DNA of 64,000 nucleotides from a virus (taxonomy: Duplodnaviria; Heunggongvirae; Uroviricota; Caudoviricetes), in the IMG/VR virus record IMGVR_UViG_3300035659_001474, positions 21,110 to 85,109 of that record; one strand, 5' to 3'. The notes beneath the pieces were generated by a model. That model was given only the letters and a program-made list of their open reading frames with translations. It ran no database searches and was not told the origin of the DNA. Positions 25,231 to 34,283 of this stretch are shown here, one piece after another (position 1 is the stretch's first letter; each line of letters opens with the position of its first letter). The translations under genes and the position numbers were made by a program.

Positions 25231-25799
25231 ACTTCCCAGTCAAAACTTGAAGCTGGCGAATGATATGTGATCGTTGGTCCTAGTTTTATGACTTGACCAA
25301 TATCGACTTTTGTCAGAATCAAAGAATGAGTTGCCACTATAATTTGACAATACTGTGACTGCTCGACTAACATGTCACGAAGTTTCACTTGATTCCACGG
25401 TGAAATACCATTTTCAGGCTCATCCAGCAAAGCCAAGTGCTTGTTGTCTTTTGGAATTTTCTTAATCATATCAGTACAGATCATTAAACATTGACCATGC
25501 GACATCCATAGCATGTGCGCTTCAAAGGCAGTGTCAACTCTATGTCTTACTCTTGGATTCATATGTTCAGAATCAAAATAATAGGATTGCAGTTTTTTGT
25601 CACTTGATTCCGAAAGTCGTGCTCTAAATTGCATAACGCTATCAGCTTTACGACTCAATGACTCTAAAATAGTAGATTTGCCACTACCATTTTCACCAAC
25701 TAGAAAATTGATTTGTTTGTCAAACTTGATCTGTTTGCCATTGAGCAATTTGACACGATCACATTTAGTTATCATTATACTTTGTAAGTGCATTTTCAT
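25227..25799 (-). CDS. small ABC-type/AAA_21-like ATPase
   Basis: Walker A GENGSGKST, Walker B LALLDEPENGIS and an H-loop ATHS. Confidence 0.55.
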   Translation of the reverse strand: MKMHLQSIMITKCDRVKLLNGKQIKFDKQINFLVGENGSGKSTILESLSRKADSVMQFRARLSESSDKKLQSYYFDSEHMNPRVRHRVDTAFEAHMLWMSHGQCLMICTDMIKKIPKDNKHLALLDEPENGISPWNQVKLRDMLVEQSQYCQIIVATHSLILTKVDIGQVIKLGPTITYHSPASSFDWEV

Positions 25800-25805
25800 C
25801 CTCTA

Positions 25806-26012
25806 TCAAACTATTAGCCTCATTGATGGAAAATACAAACCCGACGATTCGATGTTCATCCACTGTCTAAGAAGAATACGTCTATGACATTCACTATGGC
25901 ATTCGCCTGTACAACTGATTACTGCTGGATCAGCGCTCAACTGTGTTACTAGAGAAATGATTGTAGCTCTCGTATTTTGTGGTAAATTATGCAGTCTTTC
26001 TTTTATGTTCAT
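25806..26012 (-). CDS. hypothetical protein
   Basis: ORF track. Confidence 0.3.
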   Translation of the reverse strand: MNIKERLHNLPQNTRATIISLVTQLSADPAVISCTGECHSECHRRILLRQWMNIESSGLYFPSMRLIV

Positions 26013-26814
26013 TTTGTTGGACCTGTCCCTCTTTGAATTGTCTTAACAACTTTGCCTTTATTTGCCGAACACGCTCTCTAGTAATGTTCAATTTAGAACC
26101 AATTTCATCTAAAGTTTGCGGTGCTTCATGAAACCCATAATACCACTCAATAATACTTCGATCACGATCAGAAAGACCATCTAGTATTTTTGTGATTTGT
26201 TTTTTGATTTGTGCATCTGAATGATTTTGATTCATTTCATTTACAAAAGTAAAATCACTCAACAAGTCATAACCAGTTCTTGAATCATCGATAGGAGCAT
26301 CTAAAGATTGTGGTTTATTTATAAGTAGCAGTAATGGCCCTATTTCAGTCCCAAGATGAGTTTCTATTTCATGTTGCGTCGGCATCCTATGAAGCATACC
26401 CAACAATTTATCACGAGTTTTTATTACATTTACTAGTTTGACTGTTTGATTGATGGGTACTCGAACCGGTCTTGAATGATCAGCAATACCTTGTAAAATA
26501 GCTTGTCGTATCCACCAAACTGCATAAGAAATGAATTTGAAATTCTTTGTCTCATCAAATCTCTTAGCAGCGCTTACTAATCCTCTATTTCCCATTTGTA
26601 TCAAATCTGGTAATTCAATACCTTGATGTTGATAATTGACTGCCACAGAGACTACAAATCTCAAATTTGATTCTATGAGTTTATTTAGTGCTTTAGTGTC
26701 ACCACGACGAATAGCTTTAGCTAATTTAGATTCATCGTCTGAAGACAATAGCTTGTACTTCTGAATCTGCTTCATGTATATAGCTAAAGTCTCTGCAATC
26801 TCTTTTTGCATCAT
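25987..26814 (-). CDS. sigma-70 family RNA polymerase sigma factor
   Basis: A region-2-like segment (DLIQMGNRGLVSAAKRFD...YAVWWIRQAI) and a region-4 HTH (SDRDRSIIEWYYG...QTLDEIGSKLNITRERVRQIKAKLLRQ). Confidence 0.75.
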   Translation of the reverse strand: MMQKEIAETLAIYMKQIQKYKLLSSDDESKLAKAIRRGDTKALNKLIESNLRFVVSVAVNYQHQGIELPDLIQMGNRGLVSAAKRFDETKNFKFISYAVWWIRQAILQGIADHSRPVRVPINQTVKLVNVIKTRDKLLGMLHRMPTQHEIETHLGTEIGPLLLLINKPQSLDAPIDDSRTGYDLLSDFTFVNEMNQNHSDAQIKKQITKILDGLSDRDRSIIEWYYGFHEAPQTLDEIGSKLNITRERVRQIKAKLLRQFKEGQVQQNEHKRKTA

Positions 26815-27047
26815 ATAGTTTTATGAGTCTTTTTGAAAGATGAGATGTTTTTTGATTTTGGTCGAAGTTCATTTGGCACTACATTATTGCGCTTAGCACA
26901 CGCAATACACAAATCGTAATGAGTGGGATACTTAAAAAACGTTGTTCCTTCCTCTTCTTCACGAAAAGGACCACCTTGACATGATCCACACCAAGTGTAT
27001 TTCTTTGTCTGTCCGTTTTCTTTGTAAAAGTGTTTTCGGATTGGCAA
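26811..27047 (-). CDS. hypothetical protein with a zinc-ribbon-like motif
   Basis: CGSCQGG...CIACAKRN. Confidence 0.35.
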   Translation of the reverse strand: MPIRKHFYKENGQTKKYTWCGSCQGGPFREEEEGTTFFKYPTHYDLCIACAKRNNVVPNELRPKSKNISSFKKTHKTI

Positions 27048-27067
27048 GATGACCTCCTTGTTGAGAT

Positions 27068-27649
27068 CTATTGTCTTAAATTACCTATAGAATCTGCTGC
27101 TTTGTTACTTGTTCGTGGTAACCACTTCACTCGTTCATTTTGAATGCCATTGACTACAGACAAACTGTCATTGTAAACTGTCAATGTTGCATGCATTGTC
27201 AAGCCAAGAACTATTGCTTGACGTTCTGCATCAGAATTGCAATTTACTTCAATGAGTCTTGACTTAGCATCAATGTTCGTGCCGTCAACAACAATAGCAG
27301 CAATTTTTGCTTTGCCATCTTTGAACCCAGAATCTGTGAATATAGCAGATCCAATTGTTTGTGCTGTCTTTTCACATTGATTCATGAATTTAGCGACATC
27401 AAGCATCTCTTGCATTTTTTCGACGCTAGTTTTAACCTCTGCCTTTATATGATTCACAATAAAGCTAAGTGATACTTGCTCATGTGTTTCCCGATCACCA
27501 GCCATTTTGAGTTTGATATATCCTATTTTGCTAATCCAAATGTCGTGAGGTCCTTTACTCGATGTAATTTGTACGTGATATTGTGATCGTACAATAACAC
27601 GATCACCAAAAACTTCTGCCAATCGTTTGACAAGCGTTGTGACATTCAT
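27068..27649 (-). CDS. RNase H-like domain protein
   Basis: The C-terminal AAIVVDGTNID...ERQAIVLGLTMHA..LTVYNDSLSVVNGIQN matches the RNase H D..E..D pattern. Confidence 0.4.
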   Translation of the reverse strand: MNVTTLVKRLAEVFGDRVIVRSQYHVQITSSKGPHDIWISKIGYIKLKMAGDRETHEQVSLSFIVNHIKAEVKTSVEKMQEMLDVAKFMNQCEKTAQTIGSAIFTDSGFKDGKAKIAAIVVDGTNIDAKSRLIEVNCNSDAERQAIVLGLTMHATLTVYNDSLSVVNGIQNERVKWLPRTSNKAADSIGNLRQ

Positions 27650-27897
27650 TTGCCAAGCTCCGTAAAAATTTCACCCAGAATAGCTGATAATCCACGAGTT
27701 CTATCAACTATAACCGACCCTGTTTTGTGCACAGGAGCACACTCATGAACTACACCAATTGTTGGTTCATAATACTCGTAGTCATATTTTCTAATGCTTT
27801 GTTGTTCGTGATATGACGTGGCACCTTTATTTTGTACATGTAGTACACCGACAATGCCACCATTGATTCGAATTTCAGCCGTAAACATCACTCCCAT
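27646..27897 (-). CDS. hypothetical protein
   Basis: ORF track. Confidence 0.35.
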   Translation of the reverse strand: MGVMFTAEIRINGGIVGVLHVQNKGATSYHEQQSIRKYDYEYYEPTIGVVHECAPVHKTGSVIVDRTRGLSAILGEIFTELGK

Positions 27898-28316
27898 CCT
27901 TCCATAAATTTCAATGCTTTCGAATACTTTGCTGTTAGCCTCTGAATTGTTTCAGGCGCCAGTTTGTACAATCGAATGGGACTAGCATTGTCTCGAATAT
28001 CTGCAATTTTGACTTCACGAGCAAGCGGATTTGCTTTCACTCTCTTGAGATATTCGTCATAAGCTTCACCTTTTACTTTAGTTATCGCTTGAACAGCTCC
28101 AAGAATTTCTCCATCAAATCCAGCTGAAACGAAATCAGCAGCAGTTTGCAGCGTGTCTTCAAGAACATCATGAAGTATGGCCACTATCTTAGCTTTTTCT
28201 GATGTAACGCACAACATAACACGAATAGGATGAAGAATGTATGGTTCTCCAACTTTGTCAATTTGATTCTCGTGAGCAATTGCTGCAAAAGCGATTGCTT
28301 TGTCAATTAGTGCCAT
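27888..28316 (-). CDS. SpoT/Mesh1-like HD-domain (p)ppGpp hydrolase
   Basis: AIAFAAIAHENQIDKVGEPYILHPIRVM...VAILHDVLEDT matches the RelA/SpoT N-terminal HD motif. Confidence 0.55.
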   Translation of the reverse strand: MALIDKAIAFAAIAHENQIDKVGEPYILHPIRVMLCVTSEKAKIVAILHDVLEDTLQTAADFVSAGFDGEILGAVQAITKVKGEAYDEYLKRVKANPLAREVKIADIRDNASPIRLYKLAPETIQRLTAKYSKALKFMEGWE

Positions 28317-28324
28317 TTATCCTC

Positions 28325-28738
28325 CTATAGTATTACGTCAGAATATCTTATCAATGCATTAAGAATCTCGCTGTAACCGCCTGAATGACCGTCTTCATAG
28401 GCCTTGCCCATAGCTTTATCAGCTTTGGCATGACCTTTAAGACCTACAAAATCAATTGCATCATCATTGAATTTGTCAGGATGATCTTCATAATAGCCAG
28501 CAGAAATGCGTTCCCAAATATCTCCTGAGTCATACTTACGCTGTCTTTCCTTTTCAACGCACTCAGGACATCGATCAATGTAATTGCAGTTGAGTCTAAG
28601 CGGTGTTCCCTCAACATGCCAGCCTAGTTTTCTTGCTTCATCAAATGTCGCAGTTGTGATACTTGCGCCGCACTTACAACCAATCGTATACGTTTTGTTC
28701 TCACGAATCATAACGTCCTCCTGGAATGAATAAGTCAT
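28325..28738 (-). CDS. hypothetical Zn-binding protein
   Basis: CKCG...CPEC. Confidence 0.4.
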   Translation of the reverse strand: MTYSFQEDVMIRENKTYTIGCKCGASITTATFDEARKLGWHVEGTPLRLNCNYIDRCPECVEKERQRKYDSGDIWERISAGYYEDHPDKFNDDAIDFVGLKGHAKADKAMGKAYEDGHSGGYSEILNALIRYSDVIL

Positions 28739-30395
28739 CCTTAGTTAACCATGCTCTTCGACAAATCCACAATCCAAATGTCTTCACATATTGTATTTGA
28801 CTTTTCTCATGAGCATCAGAACCAATTGCGATTTTGATACCCATTTCTTTACATCTTCGCATCACGTCTTCATCTGCGTCTAATCTATCCGGCTGACAAT
28901 TAAACTCTATCGCAACATTGTGATTTTTACACTCTTGCAAAATGGTTCCAACATTCATGACATGACCAGGTCGTTGATTGATTAATCGGCCTGTCAAATG
29001 ACCTATGATGTGGACTTTACCAGTACGAATTGCTTTGCAATACATTTCAGTAACATCCTGCTTCGTATAAATGTGAATTGACGCAATTACAATATCAAGT
29101 TGGTCGAGAATTTCATCTGAGTAATCAAGCGAACCATCAGATTTAATGTTAACTTCACTCCCCATTAATATCTTTATGGTTGGATATTTCCTCCTCAGAA
29201 CTTCTATCTCGCTAATCTTCTGTTTAATATCAGCTGCCAGTACTTTCGTAGCAATCACTTGAGAATGATCTGTAATTGCTATGCCCTTCAATCCTTGCTT
29301 TATCGCAGCTTGTACCATTTCTTCAATTGTTGATTTACCGTCAGACCATATTGAATGAGTATGAAAATCATACTCAATATCAACAGCTTTTAGCAAATTC
29401 ACTTTTGGCTGATCAATACGATACTTGCCAAACTGAGAGATGTCATCACGATGCTCTGGCGGTATGAAATTGAATCCAAGAGAATTGTAGATACTAGTCT
29501 CAGTACCGCCATCAAGACGATCTCCCGTTCGTTCATCACCAAATCGTCTATAAAGGCCATACTGCGAAAGAATCAACCCTTTTGATTTTGCAATCTTTCG
29601 CAATTCTTCGTTATGATCAGCAGAACCTGTAAGATGCATAACGCCTGACTCAAAAGTATCTGCCTCAAAAATGTAGCAATCGATACGAATACCCTTAATC
29701 CAAACTGATGCTTTCTTCTTACCAATGTCTATGACCTTATCAACTATTGGTAAGTCAGCAAATCGTTGTAAAAAATTGGCATCATTCGATACAACTGCGA
29801 AATCGATATCCCCAATAGTTGATTTTGACCGTCTGAAAGAACCACAAAATTCAATTCTGTCACAGAATTCTTTCAATTGACTATGTATTTGTACCACTAA
29901 TTCCAAAGCTTCATCAATACGAATTCTGCCTCGAGTTGTCTCAAGATACTCTATGCCTTGTTTGATACTTTCAATAGTTTTGTCCTTGAAAACTTGAGCT
30001 AGCGTGCCATTCTCTACAGCAATCTTCAACTCAACTATCGTAGATATTCCAAGTGTCTCATAGATTTTCAATGCCTTTTTCTCACCAATTCCTTCAATCT
30101 TGAGCAACTCTTCGACTTTCTGAGAAGTAGCCAGACAAGTTTGATTATCTACGATAAATTGAACTTTACCAGTAGAGAGGTATTCTAGTATACTGTTCGC
30201 AATCTTAGGTCCAATTCCTTTGGTGGTCGAAAGATCTAATTCTGAGACCGGCGTGGGTAGGTTAGAAATGAATTTAGCAGCTTTTCTATAGGCACCGATT
30301 GAAAATTTGTTATCATTCTGGTGTTGTCTTATTTCAGCAATGTCATAGAGAATCTTGGCAACGTCTTGGTTTATCATGTAATAATAATCATACAA
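28701..30395 (-). CDS. family X DNA polymerase (Pol beta-like) with a C-terminal PHP domain
   Basis: HhH motifs (TTKGIGPKIANSI; IEGIGEKKA), the nucleotidyltransferase motif GSFRRSKSTIGDIDFAV, and the PHP motif DFHTHSIWSDG. Confidence 0.75.
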   Translation of the reverse strand: MYDYYYMINQDVAKILYDIAEIRQHQNDNKFSIGAYRKAAKFISNLPTPVSELDLSTTKGIGPKIANSILEYLSTGKVQFIVDNQTCLATSQKVEELLKIEGIGEKKALKIYETLGISTIVELKIAVENGTLAQVFKDKTIESIKQGIEYLETTRGRIRIDEALELVVQIHSQLKEFCDRIEFCGSFRRSKSTIGDIDFAVVSNDANFLQRFADLPIVDKVIDIGKKKASVWIKGIRIDCYIFEADTFESGVMHLTGSADHNEELRKIAKSKGLILSQYGLYRRFGDERTGDRLDGGTETSIYNSLGFNFIPPEHRDDISQFGKYRIDQPKVNLLKAVDIEYDFHTHSIWSDGKSTIEEMVQAAIKQGLKGIAITDHSQVIATKVLAADIKQKISEIEVLRRKYPTIKILMGSEVNIKSDGSLDYSDEILDQLDIVIASIHIYTKQDVTEMYCKAIRTGKVHIIGHLTGRLINQRPGHVMNVGTILQECKNHNVAIEFNCQPDRLDADEDVMRRCKEMGIKIAIGSDAHEKSQIQYVKTFGLWICRRAWLTKDDLFIPGGRYDS

Positions 30396-30464
30396 AATTG
30401 CATAGAAATAACAGAGAGTTAACTAAATATTTTTAACACATCATCTCTATCGAAAATGTTCTGT

Positions 30465-30650
30465 TTACCAAAATATTTTTCTCGAAAGGTGAACATTCAA
30501 ATCAGTCTTAATTCGTTGCTGTTCATTAGCAGTAAGCTTAGAATATTTTCTAATATCAAACACCGGCTGTAATTTCCCTTGTTTTATCAATCGCTTAACA
30601 GTACTTCTAGACACGTTAAATTCTCTACAGATTTCACGAATAGTTATCAT
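30465..30650 (-). CDS. small HTH DNA-binding protein (AlpA/excisionase-like)
   Basis: ITIREICREFNVSRSTVKRLIKQGKL. Confidence 0.45.
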   Translation of the reverse strand: MITIREICREFNVSRSTVKRLIKQGKLQPVFDIRKYSKLTANEQQRIKTDLNVHLSRKIFW

Positions 30651-30675
30651 ACTTCACAAAAAATCTACGCATTTA

Positions 30676-30691
30676 TCATTGATAAATTTGT
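30676..30691. promoter_or_regulatory. near-palindromic 16-bp site TTGATAAATTTGTCAA immediately upstream of the HTH gene (candidate operator)
   Basis: The site is an inverted repeat with a single asymmetric pair and lies 26 bp upstream of the start at 30650. Confidence 0.25.
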
Positions 30692-31100
30692 CAATGCAGC
30701 GCAAGGCATACCATTATAAGCTGACCATCAGTCTCAATGTCGCCAAACGATCTTGGTCCATTTTGCTGCCTCTATAAAGCGACATCGGGTCATAGAAATT
30801 TACAAATGGTAATTTTGTTTTCATTTGTAAACTTTGATATATTTTCAACGCTGAATCTGTGCTTAAAAACCATGACAGAAATTGTTGTAAATTTACTGTT
30901 TGATTTACACGTATAATACGATGTCTTTTGCCGTCTGAGTCAATAAGGAGTTAGTAGTAAGAAATAGAACTATAAAGCATTGAAATAAAAAAGTGTTGTA
31001 GTCTTCGTCACTTTTGCCAGGATCAGCCAGCATAAAAGCGATTCAGAATCTACAACACTGACTACTAAAATAAATCAAAAACTATTTCTCGAATAGGAAT

Positions 31101-31289
31101 TTAGTCAGTATCACGATCGATTGACTCAATTATTTCATCGAGATATGTACCGTTACCAGTGTCTTTTACTCGAATCACTTTATGCTTGATATCTTGAATG
31201 AAACTCTCTAATCCTTCAATCGCAATAGTTGCTCCAGTAGGCCAAGACATCCATGTCTTTGTTCCTACTTCATTTTGTACTGTCTTCAT
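31101..31289 (-). CDS. hypothetical protein
   Basis: ORF track. Confidence 0.3.
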   Translation of the reverse strand: MKTVQNEVGTKTWMSWPTGATIAIEGLESFIQDIKHKVIRVKDTGNGTYLDEIIESIDRDTD

Positions 31290-31292
31290 AAT

Positions 31293-32702
31293 TTAGCTCT
31301 TCTTGACTTCAGGTTTTTCTACAATTGCAAGTTTCTCAGCTACTTGTCCCAAGTATTCCGGCAATTTCATACCGGCCATGTTGAAGAGGTCTTGCAATGG
31401 AGGAACCGATCCAAGCATTCCGGAAAGGAAATTAGCTGTCGTCGGTTTGCCGTTTCCTGCACCATTTCCCATACCGTCCCAAACAGTAACCTTATCAATC
31501 TTGATGCCCTTAATAGCTTCAACTTGAATTCTGATGATTTCAGGCAACTTATCGACGATCATCAACATTGCTGCTTGTTGAGCCTGTAGTGGACTACTAC
31601 CAGTTGCTGCAACAATCTCTTTCAAACCTTCGGCTTGTCTAACTAACATTTCTTTAAGCCCTCTTGCTTGAGCTTCAAGGTTAGCATAAGTTGCATCAGC
31701 TTGGCCTCTTGCTTCAAGACGCAATTTCTCAGCCTGAGCACCTGCTGCAATCTCAATCTTCTTTCGATCAATTTCAGCCTTGACAACTTCATTAGCTGTC
31801 TGCGTCGCTCTTTCTCTATCAGCACGAGCAGCTTCAGCAATCTGTTCAGCTGCATATGCTTCCTGTAATGCCTTAGCATTTGCAACTTTCTCTGCTGCAA
31901 TGGCTGCTCGTTCTGCTTCAGCTTTCTTCTGCCGCATGTCTGACGTCGAATTAGCAACAGTGACTTGAGCTGTATTCTCACCTTCGACAGCTGTTGCATT
32001 AGCGCTTGCTACATTCACTCTCTTATCTTTGTCGGCATTTGCCTGACCAATAGCTCCGTCACGGTCCTTCTCTGCAACATCTTTCTTAGCTTTATTAAGT
32101 GCTTCAGCTGCAGCCTTTTGACCTAATGACTTGATATAGCCGGATTCGTCTTGAATATCAGTAATATTGACATTGATCAATCTCAAACCGATCTTCTCAA
32201 GTTCGACTTCTACATTCTTATAGATATTCTCTAAAAACTTGTCTCGATCGGCATTGATCTCTTCAATGTCCATCATTGCTACTGACAAACGAAGTTGACC
32301 GAATATGATCTCCTTTGCTATACCTTGTATCTCAGCTGGTTGAAGTCCCAATAGACGTTCAGCAGCAGCTGTCATTATCTCAGGTTTTGTAGATATACCT
32401 ACTGTGAAATTTGAAGGCACATCAACTCGAATATTCTGCTTACTCAATGCATTTTGCAGTGGTACTTCAATTTGCATTGGCGTAAGACTCAAATACGCAA
32501 AGTCTTGAATGATAGGCCACACAAATGCTGCACCACCATGAACACACTTTGAAGTACTTCCCTTTGCTACTTTACCATACACTATCAAGATCTTATCTGA
32601 CGGACACTTCTTGTACCTCGTAATGACAGAAATGAAAAGTACAAACAAAACAATGACACCAGCAGCTGCACTGATTAACCAATACATGTTAACCCCTTTC
32701 AA
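31293..32702 (-). CDS. flotillin-like SPFH/band-7 domain protein
   Basis: An N-terminal TM segment, an SPFH core and a long Ala/Glu-rich coiled coil (AEAERAAIAAEKVANAKALQEAYAAEQIAEAARA...), as in YqiK/flotillin. Confidence 0.7.
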   Translation of the reverse strand: MKGVNMYWLISAAAGVIVLFVLFISVITRYKKCPSDKILIVYGKVAKGSTSKCVHGGAAFVWPIIQDFAYLSLTPMQIEVPLQNALSKQNIRVDVPSNFTVGISTKPEIMTAAAERLLGLQPAEIQGIAKEIIFGQLRLSVAMMDIEEINADRDKFLENIYKNVEVELEKIGLRLINVNITDIQDESGYIKSLGQKAAAEALNKAKKDVAEKDRDGAIGQANADKDKRVNVASANATAVEGENTAQVTVANSTSDMRQKKAEAERAAIAAEKVANAKALQEAYAAEQIAEAARADRERATQTANEVVKAEIDRKKIEIAAGAQAEKLRLEARGQADATYANLEAQARGLKEMLVRQAEGLKEIVAATGSSPLQAQQAAMLMIVDKLPEIIRIQVEAIKGIKIDKVTVWDGMGNGAGNGKPTTANFLSGMLGSVPPLQDLFNMAGMKLPEYLGQVAEKLAIVEKPEVKKS

Positions 32703-33267
32703 CGATTAAAGTGTTGTTTTGAATACTTACGACTTTGACTTGTGAACCAGATGAAATTAATTCCTTAGCAGTCATTGCATTAAGTTCTCGAACTTGATTT
32801 TGAATTATGACATTGACTTTTCCTATGCCAATCATATTTGGAGGTATAGTCAAATAGACAGTTGCTGATTTTCCGATAGCTTCTTGTATATTGACATTAC
32901 CGCTACTTACCATTTTAGTCATCAAATAGAAAAATCCAGCAACAATCACAGCAAATATGCTGCCGATTACAATTGATATTGTTGTGACTAGAATAGGTTC
33001 GTTCAATATTCCTTTTGCATGGATGAGTGCTATTCCGCTCCAACCAAGCATCGTAAAGAATGCCACTAGTGATCGAATGCTTAGTAATTGGAAATGAGAT
33101 TGCGTGTCATCATGACCAGTAGACACATCATGATGCAAATCAACAGAATCATGTGATAGACCGGCAAAAGCCATAGCTGTCTGAATGAGTAAGAGTGTAC
33201 TAGCTATGACTGCAATGAACCAATAAACATGCTCAAACATTGACATGTTTGACCACCATGCATTCAT
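32689..33267 (-). CDS. NfeD-like membrane protein (YqiJ-like partner of flotillin)
   Basis: A multi-TM N-terminus plus a C-terminal beta-rich OB-like segment (GKVNVIIQNQVRE...VKVVSIQNNTLIVERG). It overlaps the flotillin gene start. Confidence 0.5.
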   Translation of the reverse strand: MNAWWSNMSMFEHVYWFIAVIASTLLLIQTAMAFAGLSHDSVDLHHDVSTGHDDTQSHFQLLSIRSLVAFFTMLGWSGIALIHAKGILNEPILVTTISIVIGSIFAVIVAGFFYLMTKMVSSGNVNIQEAIGKSATVYLTIPPNMIGIGKVNVIIQNQVRELNAMTAKELISSGSQVKVVSIQNNTLIVERG

Positions 33268-33295
33268 GCAGCCCTCCTTTTGAAATTTTACACAG

Positions 33296-34021
33296 CTACA
33301 CTGCTATTATCTTCAATTTTCTTCTTATCAATTTGACGTCCATTAATCTTCTAGTAATAGTCATTCGTTTTTGTTTTATCTTTTTTCCCTTATTTAATTT
33401 GACACGACTACTAATTAGCAGTCTTGTTTTTAAAGAATGTGTTTTACCAAAAAAATTATTATTTTCTCCTCTTCGATTTAAACTCATTTTCTTTCTAGTT
33501 TCTAAAGAATGCCTAAATCCTTTTACTGAAGCTCTAATTTTTGCTTTAGTTTCTTCAGACACTATTCTAGTCTTATTAGATTCAATAATTCGTTGTCTAT
33601 GTCGTTTAGTGAGCTTTTTACCATAAAATGGATTATTTGAACCGTTTCTTTCAACTGTCGCAAGTAAACCTTGACCTCCATCAGTTCTATTTACTAGTGG
33701 CCCTTTATTCATGTCAGCACGACCAATTTGTCTTATTAAAGAGATTTCTACTTTGCAACTTTTATTATCAGTAAGACCATGACGTAATATAGTAATAATG
33801 GGTTGTTTTCCTGATCGCAGAATTTTTTTAATTTTATTTATTTTGTGATTACGTATTGAAAAGTTTAATTGTTTTTTTGCACTTTGTAAATGACTTTTAT
33901 ATCGTTCATTAATACCTTTACCAATGTAAAATGGTTCATATAAAAAACAAATACTTCGATATGTATATTGCCCAGGTTTATTAGGATTCAAATATGCATA
34001 AACATAAAACTCTTTTTTCAT
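33296..34021 (-). CDS. GIY-YIG homing endonuclease with NUMOD repeats
   Basis: YVYAYLNP...PFYIGKG (GIY-YIG), then repeated SEETKAKIRASVKG / ETRKKMSLNRRGENN (NUMOD3-like). Confidence 0.8.
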   Translation of the reverse strand: MKKEFYVYAYLNPNKPGQYTYRSICFLYEPFYIGKGINERYKSHLQSAKKQLNFSIRNHKINKIKKILRSGKQPIITILRHGLTDNKSCKVEISLIRQIGRADMNKGPLVNRTDGGQGLLATVERNGSNNPFYGKKLTKRHRQRIIESNKTRIVSEETKAKIRASVKGFRHSLETRKKMSLNRRGENNNFFGKTHSLKTRLLISSRVKLNKGKKIKQKRMTITRRLMDVKLIRRKLKIIAV

Positions 34022-34281
34022 TATATTCGTAACATTACATCTTCAATTTGATATACTAAATCGACAAATTCTGGTCGTCTTTTAATTTCCATTGTTTTTC
34101 CTAAAGTTATCGATAATGTTTGTGGTACTTGAATGCGCTTAATAATTTGTCCAGGATTTGAACTCATAATAAAAATGTCATCACCTAAATAAACTGCCTC
34201 AGCGATATCATGATAAGTTTGATTGACATTTTTCAATTCAATAATGTCACACAAATCTGTGTTTACAAATTGTACAGCCAT
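34021..34281 (-). pseudogene. C-terminal remnant of a NitT/TauT-family ABC ATPase (SsuB/TauB-like); Walker A/B region absent
   Basis: TYHDIAEAVYLGDDIFIMSSNPGQIIKRIQV matches the SsuB C-terminus ([23 protein letters not shown]). The ORF is only 86 aa, and the permease gene abuts it upstream with a 2-nt gap. Confidence 0.55.
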
Positions 34282-34283
34282 GA

